DNA of 62,634 bases, counting the filler. It is 10 parts of 10 records of this genome, joined end to end, with 100 filler letters (N's around TTAATTAATTAA, not from the genome) between each part and the next. Parts side by side here need not be neighbours in the genome. Positions count along the whole stretch, not along the records: positions 7,997 to 12,854 come from SRR7504441_14505; positions 12,955 to 19,041 come from SRR7504441_14506; positions 19,142 to 22,713 come from SRR7504441_14514; positions 22,814 to 27,052 come from SRR7504441_14517; 6 more parts are not named here. One strand, written 5' to 3'. The position numbers were made by a program, and so were the translations under genes. The notes under the pieces are model-generated. The model ran no database searches. It saw nothing but the letters and a program-made list of their open reading frames with translations, and was not told the origin of the DNA. Of the stretch, positions 10,848-22,820 are shown piece after piece; positions within the stretch are counted from its first letter, which is position 1; each line of letters begins with the position of its first letter.

Positions 10848-12105
10848 CTACTTGCTCGGCGATTGGAGCCTGATCATATTGTCTATCTTGCTCTGGCGTT
10901 TTGTGGATAGTTGCCGCAGGAACCAGCCGCGCTTTGCAATTGTTGCCTCTCGCTTCAGCCCGACTGAGCGTGGACAATCAGGCTGGAGCCAAGCGTGTTG
11001 CAGCAGCTGCTCAGCCGAGATGCGCGCGTCCGGATCGGGGCAGAGCAGCTGTTGGCAGCAGTCGGTCAGTTCGGGCCGCCAACTCTCGTGCTCGAGCTCA
11101 GTGAGCTCCAGCCCTTCCTGCGGGGCTCGGCCAGCCTGCTGCCCGTCGAGACCCTCCGGGAATTCACCGGTGAGCATCACATACATAACCACCCCCAAGG
11201 CCCACAAGTCCACTTTGGCATCGTATCCGCGCCGGGTCATCTCCGGCGCCATGTAACCTATACCCAGGGTCAGTTAATCAGATAACCTGTCCAGGACCTG
11301 GGCTTCCAATGACTGTGTGCTGTCGCTGCAGCTGTCCAGATTTGGCCAGGGCCGGCTTGGCACAGCTTGAGCATCCGAAGTCAACCAGCTTTACCACCCG
11401 CCGCTGTCCTAACATCAGCCCGGCCCAGCGCTCGGCCACCTTTGGATCGGGCGAGCTGTACAGGATGTTGGCCGGCTTTACATCGCGGTGGATTATCCCG
11501 CACTCGTCGTGCAGGTAGGCTAGGGCCGACCCGACGCTCTTGACAACCAGCTTGACCTCAGGCTCCTCGACAGCCGGCTTGCTGAACACCTCGCCGCCTG
11601 GTGCACCCCTCAGGGCTCGCGGTGAGCAGCGGCTGGGCGCACCGGTTGCCAGCTCCATCACAATCCAGTAGCTCGGATCCTCTGGTACGTCAAAGATCTC
11701 GACCAGCTCGATGATATTCGGATGGTCGCACTGAGCTAGAATCTGCATCTCGCGTTCAAGTGCCTCGTAATCAGCCGGGTGCTCCACCATCCAGCGCAAC
11801 ACACTCTTGGCTGCCACCACACGCCCGGTCTGCTTGTGCTGAGCCCGGGTGACCTGCCCACTGGCTCCGGCCCCCAGCAGCGCTTCGGTCCGGTAGAACG
11901 AGGCGAACGGAGTCTCAGAGTGGACTGGCACAAACCTTCGGCGGAGAGCAGGGCGGGGCCGGAGCAGCAACACCGACACGACCAACACCGCCACGGTGGT
12001 CACTAGCAGTGCAGCCCAGCCCGAAGGCGACAAACTCTCGACCGTGCTCACCAGCGCCGCAGCCCAGGCCTGCGAAGGCCAGAGATCTCCCAGCCACTCG
12101 CCCAT
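10848..12105 (-). CDS. Ser/Thr protein kinase (CAMK group) with N-terminal hydrophobic anchor
   Basis: LGAGASGQV, VAAK, HPNII, HRDVKPAN, DFG, YMAPE, KVDLWALGV; WAALLVTTVAVLVVSVLLL is a likely TM helix. Confidence 0.9.
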
Positions 12106-12362
12106 TTCAACGCCGTTGTCGCTGTCGACGTCCGGCGAGGTGGCGTCTTTGAAAATAAAATCGATTAATCCCGGACAATGGCATTATCTAGAGCTAATAA
12201 TCATAATTATGACCGGAGCTCATGATCAGTATAGTAGCAGCTGTTGTACAATTGTTCTCGTTTAGTGGATCTACAAGGTACGTGTACCAAACTCGTGCAC
12301 GTACGAGTATGCATCGTGACAGTATGCATCGTACGCGTGTACACGACTCTGAAATCTATTAA

Positions 12363-12854
12363 TTAGATGGTGTCAATCCAAGCTGTTTCAGCACTCGCAC
12401 CCTCACAAGGTGGCTCTTCGTCGCAACCAGATGGTTCCTCGGAAGCCAAACCAGGTTCCTCGGGATCCAGATCGGTGTACTCAGACCGTCTGCCAAACCT
12501 GTCGACCATTCAGCTCTGTTAGCCCTATCTTCCGACCTTGAGCGCACGCTACTGCTCACTCCCGCTGCCGCCGAACCGAGCAGACCTGTAAGGCCCTTGC
12601 CCACCTAAGCAAAGCATTTTTAGCTGCTTGTCAGATAGTTTGCATTCACCCCAGTTGCCAGCCCTGATAGTCCTTTACGTGCCCCTAGAGCCGCCCCGGA
12701 GACCCCTTGTTCCCTGGCTCCGGCAACTGTCTTCCTCACCAGACCAAACATCCCACCAACGACACCGTCGCGCAAGCTGGCCAAAGCTCAACTTAATACG
12801 GCGTGAGCCGCACCGCGCTGCCCCGACTTGCAGGCCCCGGCTGGCTGAGGCCGG
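12363..12854 (-). CDS. 3' end of a VPS13/ATG2 C-terminal-like (ATG_C) protein
   Basis: SLRDGVVGGMFGLVRKTVAGAREQGVSGAALGARKGLSGLATG|VGKGLTGLLGSAAAGV, the Gly-rich amphipathic pattern of ATG_C; introns present. Confidence 0.6.
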
Positions 12855-12954
12855 NNNNNNNNNNNNNNNNNNNNNNNNNNNNNNNNNNNNNNNNNNNNTT
12901 AATTAATTAANNNNNNNNNNNNNNNNNNNNNNNNNNNNNNNNNNNNNNNNNNNN

Positions 12955-14906
12955 TGGTGGCGACTCAGCTCAATGGAAAGGTGAGCGAGGAGGCTCAGGA
13001 TGCGATAAAGGCCGGGCTGGAGGACGTAATGCATGAGCAACAAACCGAAGCCCAGATGCCCAAAGTGACCGCATCACGAGCCGATTCAAGGAGGTTAATG
13101 ATACAGCAAGCACGATTCGAGGCCGAGAAGGAAGCTGCAGACGAGGCAGCCAGAAGAAAAGCGGCAGAAGAGGAGGCCGAATCTCGACGCTTGGAGGGAA
13201 AGCAAGAGTTGATGCAGAGGGCGACCCAGGCGCGACTGGAGGCTGAGCTGAAGTTGATCCGGAAAGCGGAGGAAGAGAAACTCTGGATGGAAGAGAACTC
13301 AGGTGCATCTCAAGCGTCTGAAGGAGAATCATGCCAAGAGGCTGATGAGCTGGTGAGGAGATGTGCCAATATGATGTATGAACAGGCAGAAGATGAAGAC
13401 GAAGCGCTGGAGGACGACAACACTGGTGGTGAGGACGCCGATGAACTGCTCCAAAGATGCAACAGTATGGTCAAAGCAGAGCAGGTCACGGAGGCTGAAG
13501 AAGATGTGATTGTAAAACCTGAGGATGAAGCTGCTGGGTTCCAACTGGAAGAGAGCCTCGCAGCTTGCAAAGCTGCATGGCAGAATATCAATACCCCGAC
13601 ATATCCCTCGCCAGTGCTGAGTCCTCAAGAGACAACTCGAGATGACACCCCTTCATTCAAAGACGAAGAAGTTGAGCAGGCAATGGCGCGGTTGCGTTTC
13701 GAGGCCGAGGCTGAGGCTGATGCAATGAACTTGTTTGTTTCACATGATGTACCAGAAACACGAATTTCACTTTCGCCTGCCTCAGCAAGTCATGCACTTC
13801 GAGCTCAGGTCAACAAGCTTCGAACCACTGAAGATAATCTCACCTCGGTGCTGGGCGGCAATTCCCAACGCTCTGCAAATCCGACCCTCCGATCTCCACC
13901 AATGGAAGGAAATGTCCCTGAAGTCAAGTTACAACTTTGCCGAGCTCTGTCATGCGCTGCCAAAGCCTATCTTACAGCAGAGTGGCAGCTCATTGCACCA
14001 GGACAAGCTCAGGACGAATCCAGGCAAGACGAGCTTGTGCTGTGGACGCTCTTCCGGCACTACGCTCAAGGCCGAAACTCGCAGTCGACATGCATGAGTC
14101 ACTCACAGTACCGGGTCTTCCTGCGAGACCTAGATGCCTGTGATTGCAGCTTTACAGTGGCCAAGGCTGACATCATCTTCCACAAATTCAATTCAACGGA
14201 GGAAGGCGGCCGGGCGAATGCGCAGCACGGCACTGTGTACCAGGCTGGCAAAGGCAACGACAGGATGCTCGAATTCAGTGAGTTTTTGCAAGTAATCCAC
14301 GCGCTGGCGCTCGAAAGCTCCGGCAACGAGGAGTCCTTCTTCGCCCAAAGGGTCATACCACTGATTGAGCGCGTAGCCGTCCTTCGTGCCCAAGGCCCGA
14401 ACGAGCCTGCCACCTCCATATCGGACGAAAGCTTCCGTGAGCTGAGCCGGCAGCAGGCGATTATGCGCAACAAAAAACAAATCGACAAGATCTACGACTT
14501 CTTCGCTGGAGCCAATCTCGCTGGCTCAGCGCGGTTTGACGCCAAGATGGCCAAGAAGTTGAGCTTCAAGGGGCTCTTGTCATTTGCCAAGACCTTCAAG
14601 CTGATCCCGAGCTTGTTCGACATGGCAAGCCTGCAAGACACGTTCCAGACTGTGAATGAAGGCTCCAACTCCATGGACCTGATCAGTCGCAAGAGGTTCT
14701 TATATTTCCTTGATTTTTCGGCACAGCGCTTTGCGCAGACAATTTATACCGAGCCTGTTGACCAGAACACAGCGTTGGAGTGGTTCTTTTATAGTTTGGA
14801 TGCAAGCGATGGCAAAGAGAAAATTGCACATGGGCGCAGTGGTGTCATGCTCAGGCCGTTCCAGCTGTCCAGCGCCACTAAGACAACAATGTCCAAGCAC
14901 TTATAG
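12955..14906 (+). CDS. 5'-partial coiled-coil/acidic protein with C-terminal p25alpha/EF-hand-like region
   Basis: Uninterrupted 650-codon ORF; LFRHYA..MSHSQYRVFLRD..ADIIFHK..LEFSEFLQVIHALA resembles the TPPP/p25alpha fold. Confidence 0.65.
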
Positions 14907-15154
14907 CTGACGACCTCTCATGGCGGTCGACACTACACACACACAAGAATGACACAAGAATCACAGATTCGTTCCACAATACTTACAAGACGACTACTAG
15001 GAATACATTCGTACATGTAATCAATACAAACAAGTTACAAAAAAGTCGGTCTACAAGTATATTGTGACATTATCATATGTGACCCTTATCAGGCCCATAC
15101 TGTACAATCATCATCATTCTATCGATAGTAATATATAATTATGCAAGTCTCGAG

Positions 15155-17169
15155 CTATTGTAGTTGCTGGTGTGTAGAACGATACACGGCCAAGAATGTG
15201 CTCGGTGACATTGATCTCTCTGTTGGAATGTAGCCCGGAGAGCCAAGGGTAGTCCGCTCCATGTAGTGCGGCCGTTCTCTTGTCGGCGACGGCGATCCAT
15301 GAGCAGCCCGATGAGCCCGCAGGAATGCTGCTCGGTCTGCCACCTCGTGAGTGTGTGGTCGCTCCGGACTCACACTGGCCCGTTCTTTCTGGGCTTGGTA
15401 CAAGGCTCGGCTGGAGGGTCGGTTCGTGGTGTCAGCCTGGCCTGTCGCCTCGTGACGAGGCTCTGGGCTAACGCTGCCCCGATCCTGACGGGCGTACCAT
15501 TCCTCGAATTTGGCATCGAGCGGGTCTACAGCTTTCGCGCTGGCCATGGCTAGATACATGGCTCGGCTGGAGGAGCCGGCAGCTCGATGCAGGATCCCAA
15601 ACTCGACTTCTGGCCGGGACGGCGGCGAAGCTGTCCTGTCGATCGATTCCACGGCCGGTCTGGCTGGGGGGGAGCGCACTATAGGCCGGGGGGAGTCCAG
15701 GGCGCACTTGCGGTGGTGTCGCCACCTCCAGACGACGCTGTATAAGCAGCGCTCGCTAATCCTCCAGAACACCTGACGAAGTACTGCCACGAACTCGTTT
15801 GCGCCTGATCGGAGCCGCTGAGGCAGACTGAGCCGCTGGGTCCGCTGCCAGGCGCTCCAATTGCACTCCCAGCCACTCAGAGCGTGGTATACATCTGCCA
15901 GCCGGGCTGTAGCCTACACTCCCGGGGCTGCTCACCGGTGCGCCGCCAGCTGGCCAACACTGCAGTGAACACGCCGGCCACCCGCGCACAGCCTGAGTGT
16001 GACAGGTTGGGCAGGCTGATCTTGCCCACTGTCCTGTGCACTTTGAGCGGACCGGGCTTCTTGCTGCTCGGCTTGCTCGCCAGCCTCGCCTTGTCGTTCT
16101 CATCCAGTAGCGAGTAGGCCAGGTTGCGCGCAGTCGACACTTCCCTGCAACCCCTGTGAGCCCGCTCCCTGCACCCGCCCGCCTGGACAGCTTGTCCACA
16201 CTCGAGCATCTCAGCTCGTCCTCCTCATACAGCCCTATGCTCGCACTCAGAGCGCTGCCCGGCCCGAGTCAGCTCAACCGCCCAGCCGGGGCACCGGTCG
16301 AGCTGGACGAAGCCCTCCCTGAGCAGCCCGGCCGCCACCAGCTCGCGACCCTCCTCGAGCATGGCCTCGACCAGCGCCACGCTCCGCCCCGAGCTGACGG
16401 GCGAGCGGGGTGCGTTGCGCGGCCGGCGGCGCGGGCTGCACGGCATCTGGTCCATGTGCCACCCGCTCGGCCGGGCAGGGCTCTGGGCCTTGCCGGTGAG
16501 CACGATGTTGTTGACGCAGATCGCGTTGGTGAGCAGGTTGGTGGTTCGGCCACTCAGGCTCGCCCCGAGCTGTGCTGGCAGCCGGAGCCCGACAGCGAGC
16601 GTCTTATCGAACAGCTGGGTCTCACCCACCTTGACAGACACCAGGCAGCCGCCCTGGGCCGGCGCGCTCTCTAGGCCGACCTCCACCCGCCGCCAGCGCT
16701 CGGTGGCCAGGCCTCCCGGCACTGGACGGGAGCACAGCGGCACCCCCGCCGCCGACAGCACCGAGACCGTATTGGGCGCTCGCGGCAGTGCCCCGGGCCG
16801 GCCGGAGAGGTCGAATCCTACCGCGAGCAGCACCGACCGGCTCCGGGGGAGCCCTAGCCGCCCGAGCTGGCCGGCGGGTTTGTCCCACTCTGGGACTGTG
16901 GGGTCGAGCAGGGCCAGGCAAAAGCCCTCCCCACCGGTGGCGAACGACAGGTTGGGCCCGATCGTGTACTCGAGCCCGATCCGGATCCCGCCCGCGGCGG
17001 CCACTGGGCACGGCCGGGTGCAGAGCAGCTGGCCGTCCTGCAGCGGCCGGTCCGCGGTGAGCTCGAACCCGCGGCCCAGTCGGACCCCGGCCGAGCAGCG
17101 CCAGATGGCCGGCTTGCCCACCCCGCGCACCGGCTTGCCATCCCGCAGCTCGTAGTCCACGTACTCCAT
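15155..17169 (-). CDS. Protein with N-terminal legume (L-type) lectin-like domain and low-complexity C-terminus, multi-exon
   Basis: GGEGFCLALL, LAVGFD, PNTVSV, WRRVEV and LGASLSGRT follow the L-lectin pattern; ORFs at 16225, 15877 and 15155 join through ~38-40-nt introns. Start may lie further upstream. Confidence 0.6.
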
Positions 17170-17288
17170 CTCTGATGTGCCCCGCGCGGATGTGCCTGCA
17201 CCAAGCTGTGCCCCCGACTGCCCCCGGACGCGCTAACCGACTCTGCCTCCGGACTCCCGACTGCTCGGGCTCTGCCTCCGGAATCCGC

Positions 17289-18717
17289 ATGCGACTGCTC
17301 GGGCTGCTGCTTTGCAGCGCGGCGGCCATAGACTACCGCAACACCTACCCGCTTTCGTGCCCGACCGGCCTGGACGTGGACGGGCAACCCTCCCGGCTGT
17401 GCACCCCGCGCTGGCCGGCGAGCTACCGGATGAATCAGAGCACCATCTTCATGCCCTGCAACGACAGCGGCTACTACGATCCTCGGATCGCGGCCCGGTA
17501 CGGGATCGTGGACTTTGACTGGTCCAACGGCAAGCAGGCCTGGGCCAACGCTCGGCCGGTGCCCGGGCCGGCCGGACGGAGGTGAGTGCGGAGGGCAGAT
17601 GGACTGCGAGGAGCGGCTGGAGCGGCAGGCGGCGATCATCAAGGCGGTCAACCCGGACACAAAGGTGTGGGTCTACAGGAATCTGGTCAAGGCGCTGCCT
17701 TGGTACAGCTCGGTCCGTGAGAAGCTGTGCGACCCCGGTGCGACCTTCACCGGGAGCATCGCTCACCCTTGGGGTGCAGCGTACAGCGGCTGGTTCCTCA
17801 AGTTTGACCCAGCAGTCAAGCCCCGGGTGCCCAAGTGCGACAACAACTGGTCGCCGCCAAAGTGCACCGAGTTCTACCACGACCAGGAGCAGACTCCGCA
17901 GCACCCTCACGGAGACGGCAGCTGCGCGCTCGCTTGTGACTGCGGCTGCGTGCCATGCGGCGAGTATCTTTGGGATCATAGGAACCAGTCACTCCGCGAC
18001 TGGCTGGTCAACGTGCACGTGACTGGCCCGACTTCAGTGGGAGGACCGCACGTGGACGGCATCTTCACTGACGACGAGTGGCGGACCGACGTGGACCCAG
18101 CAAACGGCGGGGGGCCCAGCGAGGAGGATAGCCACTCTGTGGAGGACATGGGGCTCTCGCGGCAGGACGTGGCGGAGCTGATAGGTAGACTAGCACGGGT
18201 CTTGCCTGTCTTATACTAACACGGGTCTATGATAGGTAACTGGACGCTCTCAATGCGCGCGGCCCACCAGGCTACTCTGGACAAGAACGGGTTTGCCTGG
18301 CGACTATTCTCCCCAGGCTCGTCCACAGGAGGCTCGGACCCGCTCGGAGGCAAGAGCGGCTGCGCGGCTGCGCTCCGCCGACACTGTGTGGCTAACGACA
18401 CACTGCAGCATTCGGCAATGATGATGAGCCAGGGTGACGACTTTGAGCAGTACTTGGCGGGCTTCCTGCTCCTGCGGGGCCCTTATGCATGGTGAGCTCG
18501 TTTGGCACTGGGGCCGACCAACTCGGCCTGCAGGTTTGGCGAGGCATGGAAGGGGTGCAACCAGGTGCCCAACAGACCGGCCGCTCTCGATCAAGACTAC
18601 GGCGAGCCGACTGAGCATTGCAAGGAGAGCCACCCCGGGGTTTTTGAACGAGATTGGACCAAAGCCAATGTGGTGCTGGATTGCAACAAGTGGGAGGCCA
18701 AAATCACACAAAAATAG
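17289..18717 (+). CDS. Secreted putative glycoside hydrolase (GHL15/GH168-like TIM barrel)
   Basis: Signal peptide MRLLGLLLCSAAA; YGIVDFDWSN, IKAVNPDTKVWVYRN, DGIFTDD, YLAGFLLLRGPYAW, DYGEP..C.E..PGVFERDW. Confidence 0.7.
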
Positions 18718-19341
18718 AATAGTCAAAGCCGCCCGCGCCGCCCGCGAGGAATATAAGGAAACTACGGAGCCCTATAGAAAAATCGATTTTGCGATAGCTC
18801 GGTCTCGTCCCGCGTCGATAATGATTGACTCGCACGCCCCTTCCTTCGAATCCTCCTACGAGTAGCTACTCCCAGCCGGCCTCCGCAGCTCCCGCCCAAT
18901 CAAAACTGCTTAGGCGCGCCGGAAGTCTCATGAGTCTCTCGATCGTGAACCGAGACGATGGAGCACAGCCGCATTATTAGCCGTACCGCCGAGACAACTA
19001 GCATTGAGCGAGAGCCGGCCGGCCGGGCCTTCCAGCGGCTGNNNNNNNNNNNNNNNNNNNNNNNNNNNNNNNNNNNNNNNNNNNNTTAATTAATTAANNN
19101 NNNNNNNNNNNNNNNNNNNNNNNNNNNNNNNNNNNNNNNNNCAGGTTCTCGCTCAGCTCGGCCGACACCATTTGGATCAGAGTTGAAATTCAAACGGGTA
19201 CGGCGTTGGGGCGGCTTAGAGCGTTCCGCAGTTTATTAAACAAGCACAATATTGTGTGCTATACATGTACACAGTGATCAAACTCAAAACAAGTATACAA
19301 TGTCATGTACTGTATGCATTATCATTGAGGCTCCTTGGTAT

Positions 19342-20602
19342 CTAAGTATAGGGGTTATACTTGCACACACTCTCATACGGCAGGCCCTTCACCACATCCC
19401 CCGTGTCTCGAAGCTTGACTGAGACACAGAACTTAGCCTCGTCGATCGCATCCAGGGTGCCCCGCTTGCCCTTGTGCTCCCCGCCGCACACAATCACCGC
19501 CTTGCCCGCCAGCGGTATCACAGTCTCAAGCTGCTGCTCCGGCAGGTCCAAGCACGGACTCTCCGGCTCGCCCTCCTGCACAATCTGCTGCACCCGGGCC
19601 AGCTGGTGCGCCGAGTCGACCGCCACCACCCGGACCTTCTTCTTGTACCATTCCGAGCTCTTGCCCACTACCTTGACTACCATATGCTTCTTAAGCCAAG
19701 TCCCCCCGCTCGGCTTGCTCTTCTCCACTGGTTTGGGCTTGGCCGCCGGCTGCGGGGCTGGAGCCGGCGGCGGCTTCGGGGCGGGCGGGGCCGGCTTTTT
19801 GAACAGCCCGCCGCTCATCGAGAACGCCACTTTCTCGTCGCTGAGTCGGTCGGTCGCCTCTGAGACGACGGGCACGATCCCAGCCAGTGCTGCGGCCTCG
19901 GCGGCCGCGGCTGCCAGCTCCAGCTGGTGGTCTTCTTCGTCATCCACCGGGCCGCCCCCGTCGATCTGGCCAGCGCACTGTGATGGCAGGCCGGTGGGAG
20001 GCTGGGGCACCTGATCCCAGCGCGTCTTCTTGTTGGGGGGGACCAGAGAGGCCTGCGGGGCGTCGTCGGCGCTGTTCACGCTGCCGTCCGAGTCGAGCAT
20101 GTCCTCCGACACCTGCCGGTCGGCTCCAGCCGGGCGCGTGCCGGCGAGGCACCATGAGCATCCAGCCTTTGATCCCCTTCTGAGCGTCGATCTTGCCACG
20201 GTCGCGCATGTACGCCACGAAGTTACCGAGCGTGCCCCACGAGGTGCGGGCCATCTGCTTCATCCGGCGGTCGCCGCGGCCCTCGTCAAAGTCCTTCATC
20301 CACTCGATGTAGGCGTCGTGTGCGAGCACCTGGTGGTTGAGATGTTCCACCACCATAAAGTCCAGAAACTTCCTGCAGAACGCCTTGCTAAAGTCGTCCA
20401 CGTACATCCGCCCGCGCTTCTTGCTGGTGGCCACGGTGCTCTCGTTGGTGATGTGCTTCTCCGACTGCAGGTGGCACTTGAAACCGTTCTCGTCCTTGCA
20501 GGCCACCCCGCACAGCCCGCAGAACCACCGGATCTTGGTCTTGCCCTTCTTGCGCTCCTGGTTGGAGATCCATTTGGGCGTGCCCACCTCCGGCTTTGGC
20601 AT
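19342..20602 (-). CDS. KIN17: DNA/RNA-binding protein KIN17
   Basis: MPKPEVGTPKWISN..WFCGLCGVACKDENGFKCHLQSEKH zinc finger, winged-helix region, C-terminal WLKKHMVVKV..LETVIP KOW/SH3 pair; two small introns. Confidence 0.92.
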
Positions 20603-20751
20603 CGCCCAGTCGGCCTAGCTCACCGCGCCACCCGCCCGGTACAATGCCGCGTGCCGCGAGGAAGGTGGTCTTTGGCCACGAGTCCGGCCGATGATCCGTT
20701 ACTCTCGGAGGCGCTCCGGGTGCCTTTCAAGAGGTGCCTTTCAAAGCGCCG

Positions 20752-21960
20752 ATGCCGCCCAAGCTTTTCTGGGGCGCCAACAGCGTCAGTGCGGTGGCGG
20801 CCGGCTCGGCCAGCCTGCTCAGCCTGCACCTGATGTACAAGCACGCCAAATACTATTGCAACCCGGGCGAGCAGCGGCAGATCATTCGGATCTTGCTTAT
20901 GATCCCAATCTACGCCGTCGACTGCGCGATCGCCACCTGGGAGCCCAACCTCTCGCGCTACGTCGACCCGATACGGGACTGCTACGAGGCCTTCGTCCTG
21001 TACTCGTTCATGGCGTTCCTCAAGGCCGCACTCAGCACGCCGCAGGGCGAGCTGTCGGTCCGCTTCGAGGGCGAGACGATTCACCACCTGTTCCCGTTCA
21101 ACATTTGCTTCAACCCGACCCCGGTGAACCGCAAGTTCTTCGCGGTGACCGAGCGCGGCGTGATTCAGTACATGCTGATGAAGCCGTTGCTGGCAGTAAC
21201 GCAGCTGATTCTGACGCTGTGTCACAAGTTCGACGGGGGGGTGTTTGATTACACGCGCGGGTACACCTATGTGCTGATGTTTACTAACCTGAGCCAGACC
21301 GCCGCGCTGTACTGCCTGATCTACATCTATCACGCGATTCATAAGCAGCCGGAGATGCAGGGCAAGCAACTGCTGGGCAAGTTGCTCTGCATCAAAGCTG
21401 TGGTGTTCTTCAGCTTCTGGCAGACCTGCCTGTTTGCTATCCTGGAGCACTTCGATGTGATACGGGCGTACGGGAACATGTCGGCCGATGTGCGGGCCAC
21501 TGCGTTGGATGACTTCATCCTGTGCCTGGAGATGGTCGCGATCTCGATCGCACACCGTTACGTATTCAGCTACAAAGAGTACAGGGCGGTGGTTGCGCCC
21601 GTCTCGCACGCGCTTAAGACCTCGGGCTGGAGATCGGCTGAAGACACAGTCGACCATGCGGCGCTGCCCGAGCAATATAGAGACATGTCCGAGGCTGAAC
21701 TGGAGGCTGCGGCGGCCCAGGAGAAGCAAGATAGACGGGATCGGAAAGGGGCCAAACGAGGGGCCGTAATTGATATCTTGAACGTCAAGGACGTTGCTGG
21801 TGATGTGAAGGAGGCTTTGATGACTTCGGGTGCCACGCCGGAGTCTGTTGAGCCGTTCATGGATGTAGAGCAAGACAAGCCATCACCTCCTGAGCAAGCC
21901 GACATCACCAACAGTGGCCATTCAAGTCTTGAGTACACAGAGCATATTAATGTAAGTTAG
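20752..21960 (+). CDS. TMEM184 / organic solute transporter alpha family membrane protein, intronless
   Basis: QRQIIRILLMIPIYA, RDCYEAFVLYSF, KLLCIKAVVFFSFWQ, FILCLEM..HRYVFSYKEY. Confidence 0.92.
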   Translation: MPPKLFWGANSVSAVAAGSASLLSLHLMYKHAKYYCNPGEQRQIIRILLMIPIYAVDCAIATWEPNLSRYVDPIRDCYEAFVLYSFMAFLKAALSTPQGELSVRFEGETIHHLFPFNICFNPTPVNRKFFAVTERGVIQYMLMKPLLAVTQLILTLCHKFDGGVFDYTRGYTYVLMFTNLSQTAALYCLIYIYHAIHKQPEMQGKQLLGKLLCIKAVVFFSFWQTCLFAILEHFDVIRAYGNMSADVRATALDDFILCLEMVAISIAHRYVFSYKEYRAVVAPVSHALKTSGWRSAEDTVDHAALPEQYRDMSEAELEAAAAQEKQDRRDRKGAKRGAVIDILNVKDVAGDVKEALMTSGATPESVEPFMDVEQDKPSPPEQADITNSGHSSLEYTEHINVS

Positions 21961-22165
21961 CACTTGAATGAACGAATAGAGACGTCTTACTAGTTTTTAC
22001 CGTTTTATTGTGCGTATTAAATGATGTCCAATCCTAGTCCATGGTCTAGACACTCGTGAACTTGTACGAAATATACACGAAACAGGGCGACATCATTCAG
22101 TTCATTCTGCAAAGGGCCAGTTCAAGCAGCAGTTTGGCTCAGAACTCTCAGTTTGAGCTGTGAGC

Positions 22166-22713
22166 TTAGAAATGTCCAACGTGTCCAATTAGCATCCTGG
22201 CCTCGCTCACTCTCTGCTCGATCGCCGTCCTCTCCATCATCGTTTCGTGAATCCGCTGTGAAATCGAGACCCTCCCCAAAGGCACATGCTCAAACGCCGC
22301 TAAAGGGAAGTGATACTCTGGTAAAGGCGGCAACACCATGCCCGGCTCCTGCACCAGGCTCAGCCAGGCTCGGCCCGGGATCACCTCCGGCTCTACTGCT
22401 GGCCTCAGCTGCGCCAGGTCCTGCTCCAGCTTGGCCATCCTCTCATTGGCGGCCGTAAACGGCAGATAGTTTGGCGGTGCGTAGCTGGCAGGCAGCCCGA
22501 ACGTGCCGGGGTGCTGCCTGGGGACGTAGCTGCCCGGGATCATAGGGACTGTGCTGTAGTCGGCTGGGTTGAAGTCCGCCGGCAGGTGCGCCAGCAGCTC
22601 GGGAGTCTGGAACCGCCGACCTGTTCGCTCAAACAACTCGTTTTCGATCTCCGCGGTGCTCATCCCCTCGACTGCCGGCAAGACCGGCTCCGGCTCTGGC
22701 TCCGGCTCCGGCT
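22166..22713 (-). CDS. Hypothetical protein, 5'-partial (begins in an EPEPEP repeat; 3' exons uncertain)
   Basis: Open frame from the contig edge with coding-like composition; CCGGCT repeat at 22684-22713. Confidence 0.45.
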
Positions 22714-22820
22714 NNNNNNNNNNNNNNNNNNNNNNNNNNNNNNNNNNNNNNNNNNNNTTAATTAATTAANNNNNNNNNNNNNNNNNNNNNNNNNNNNNNN
22801 NNNNNNNNNNNNNAGGTGGA

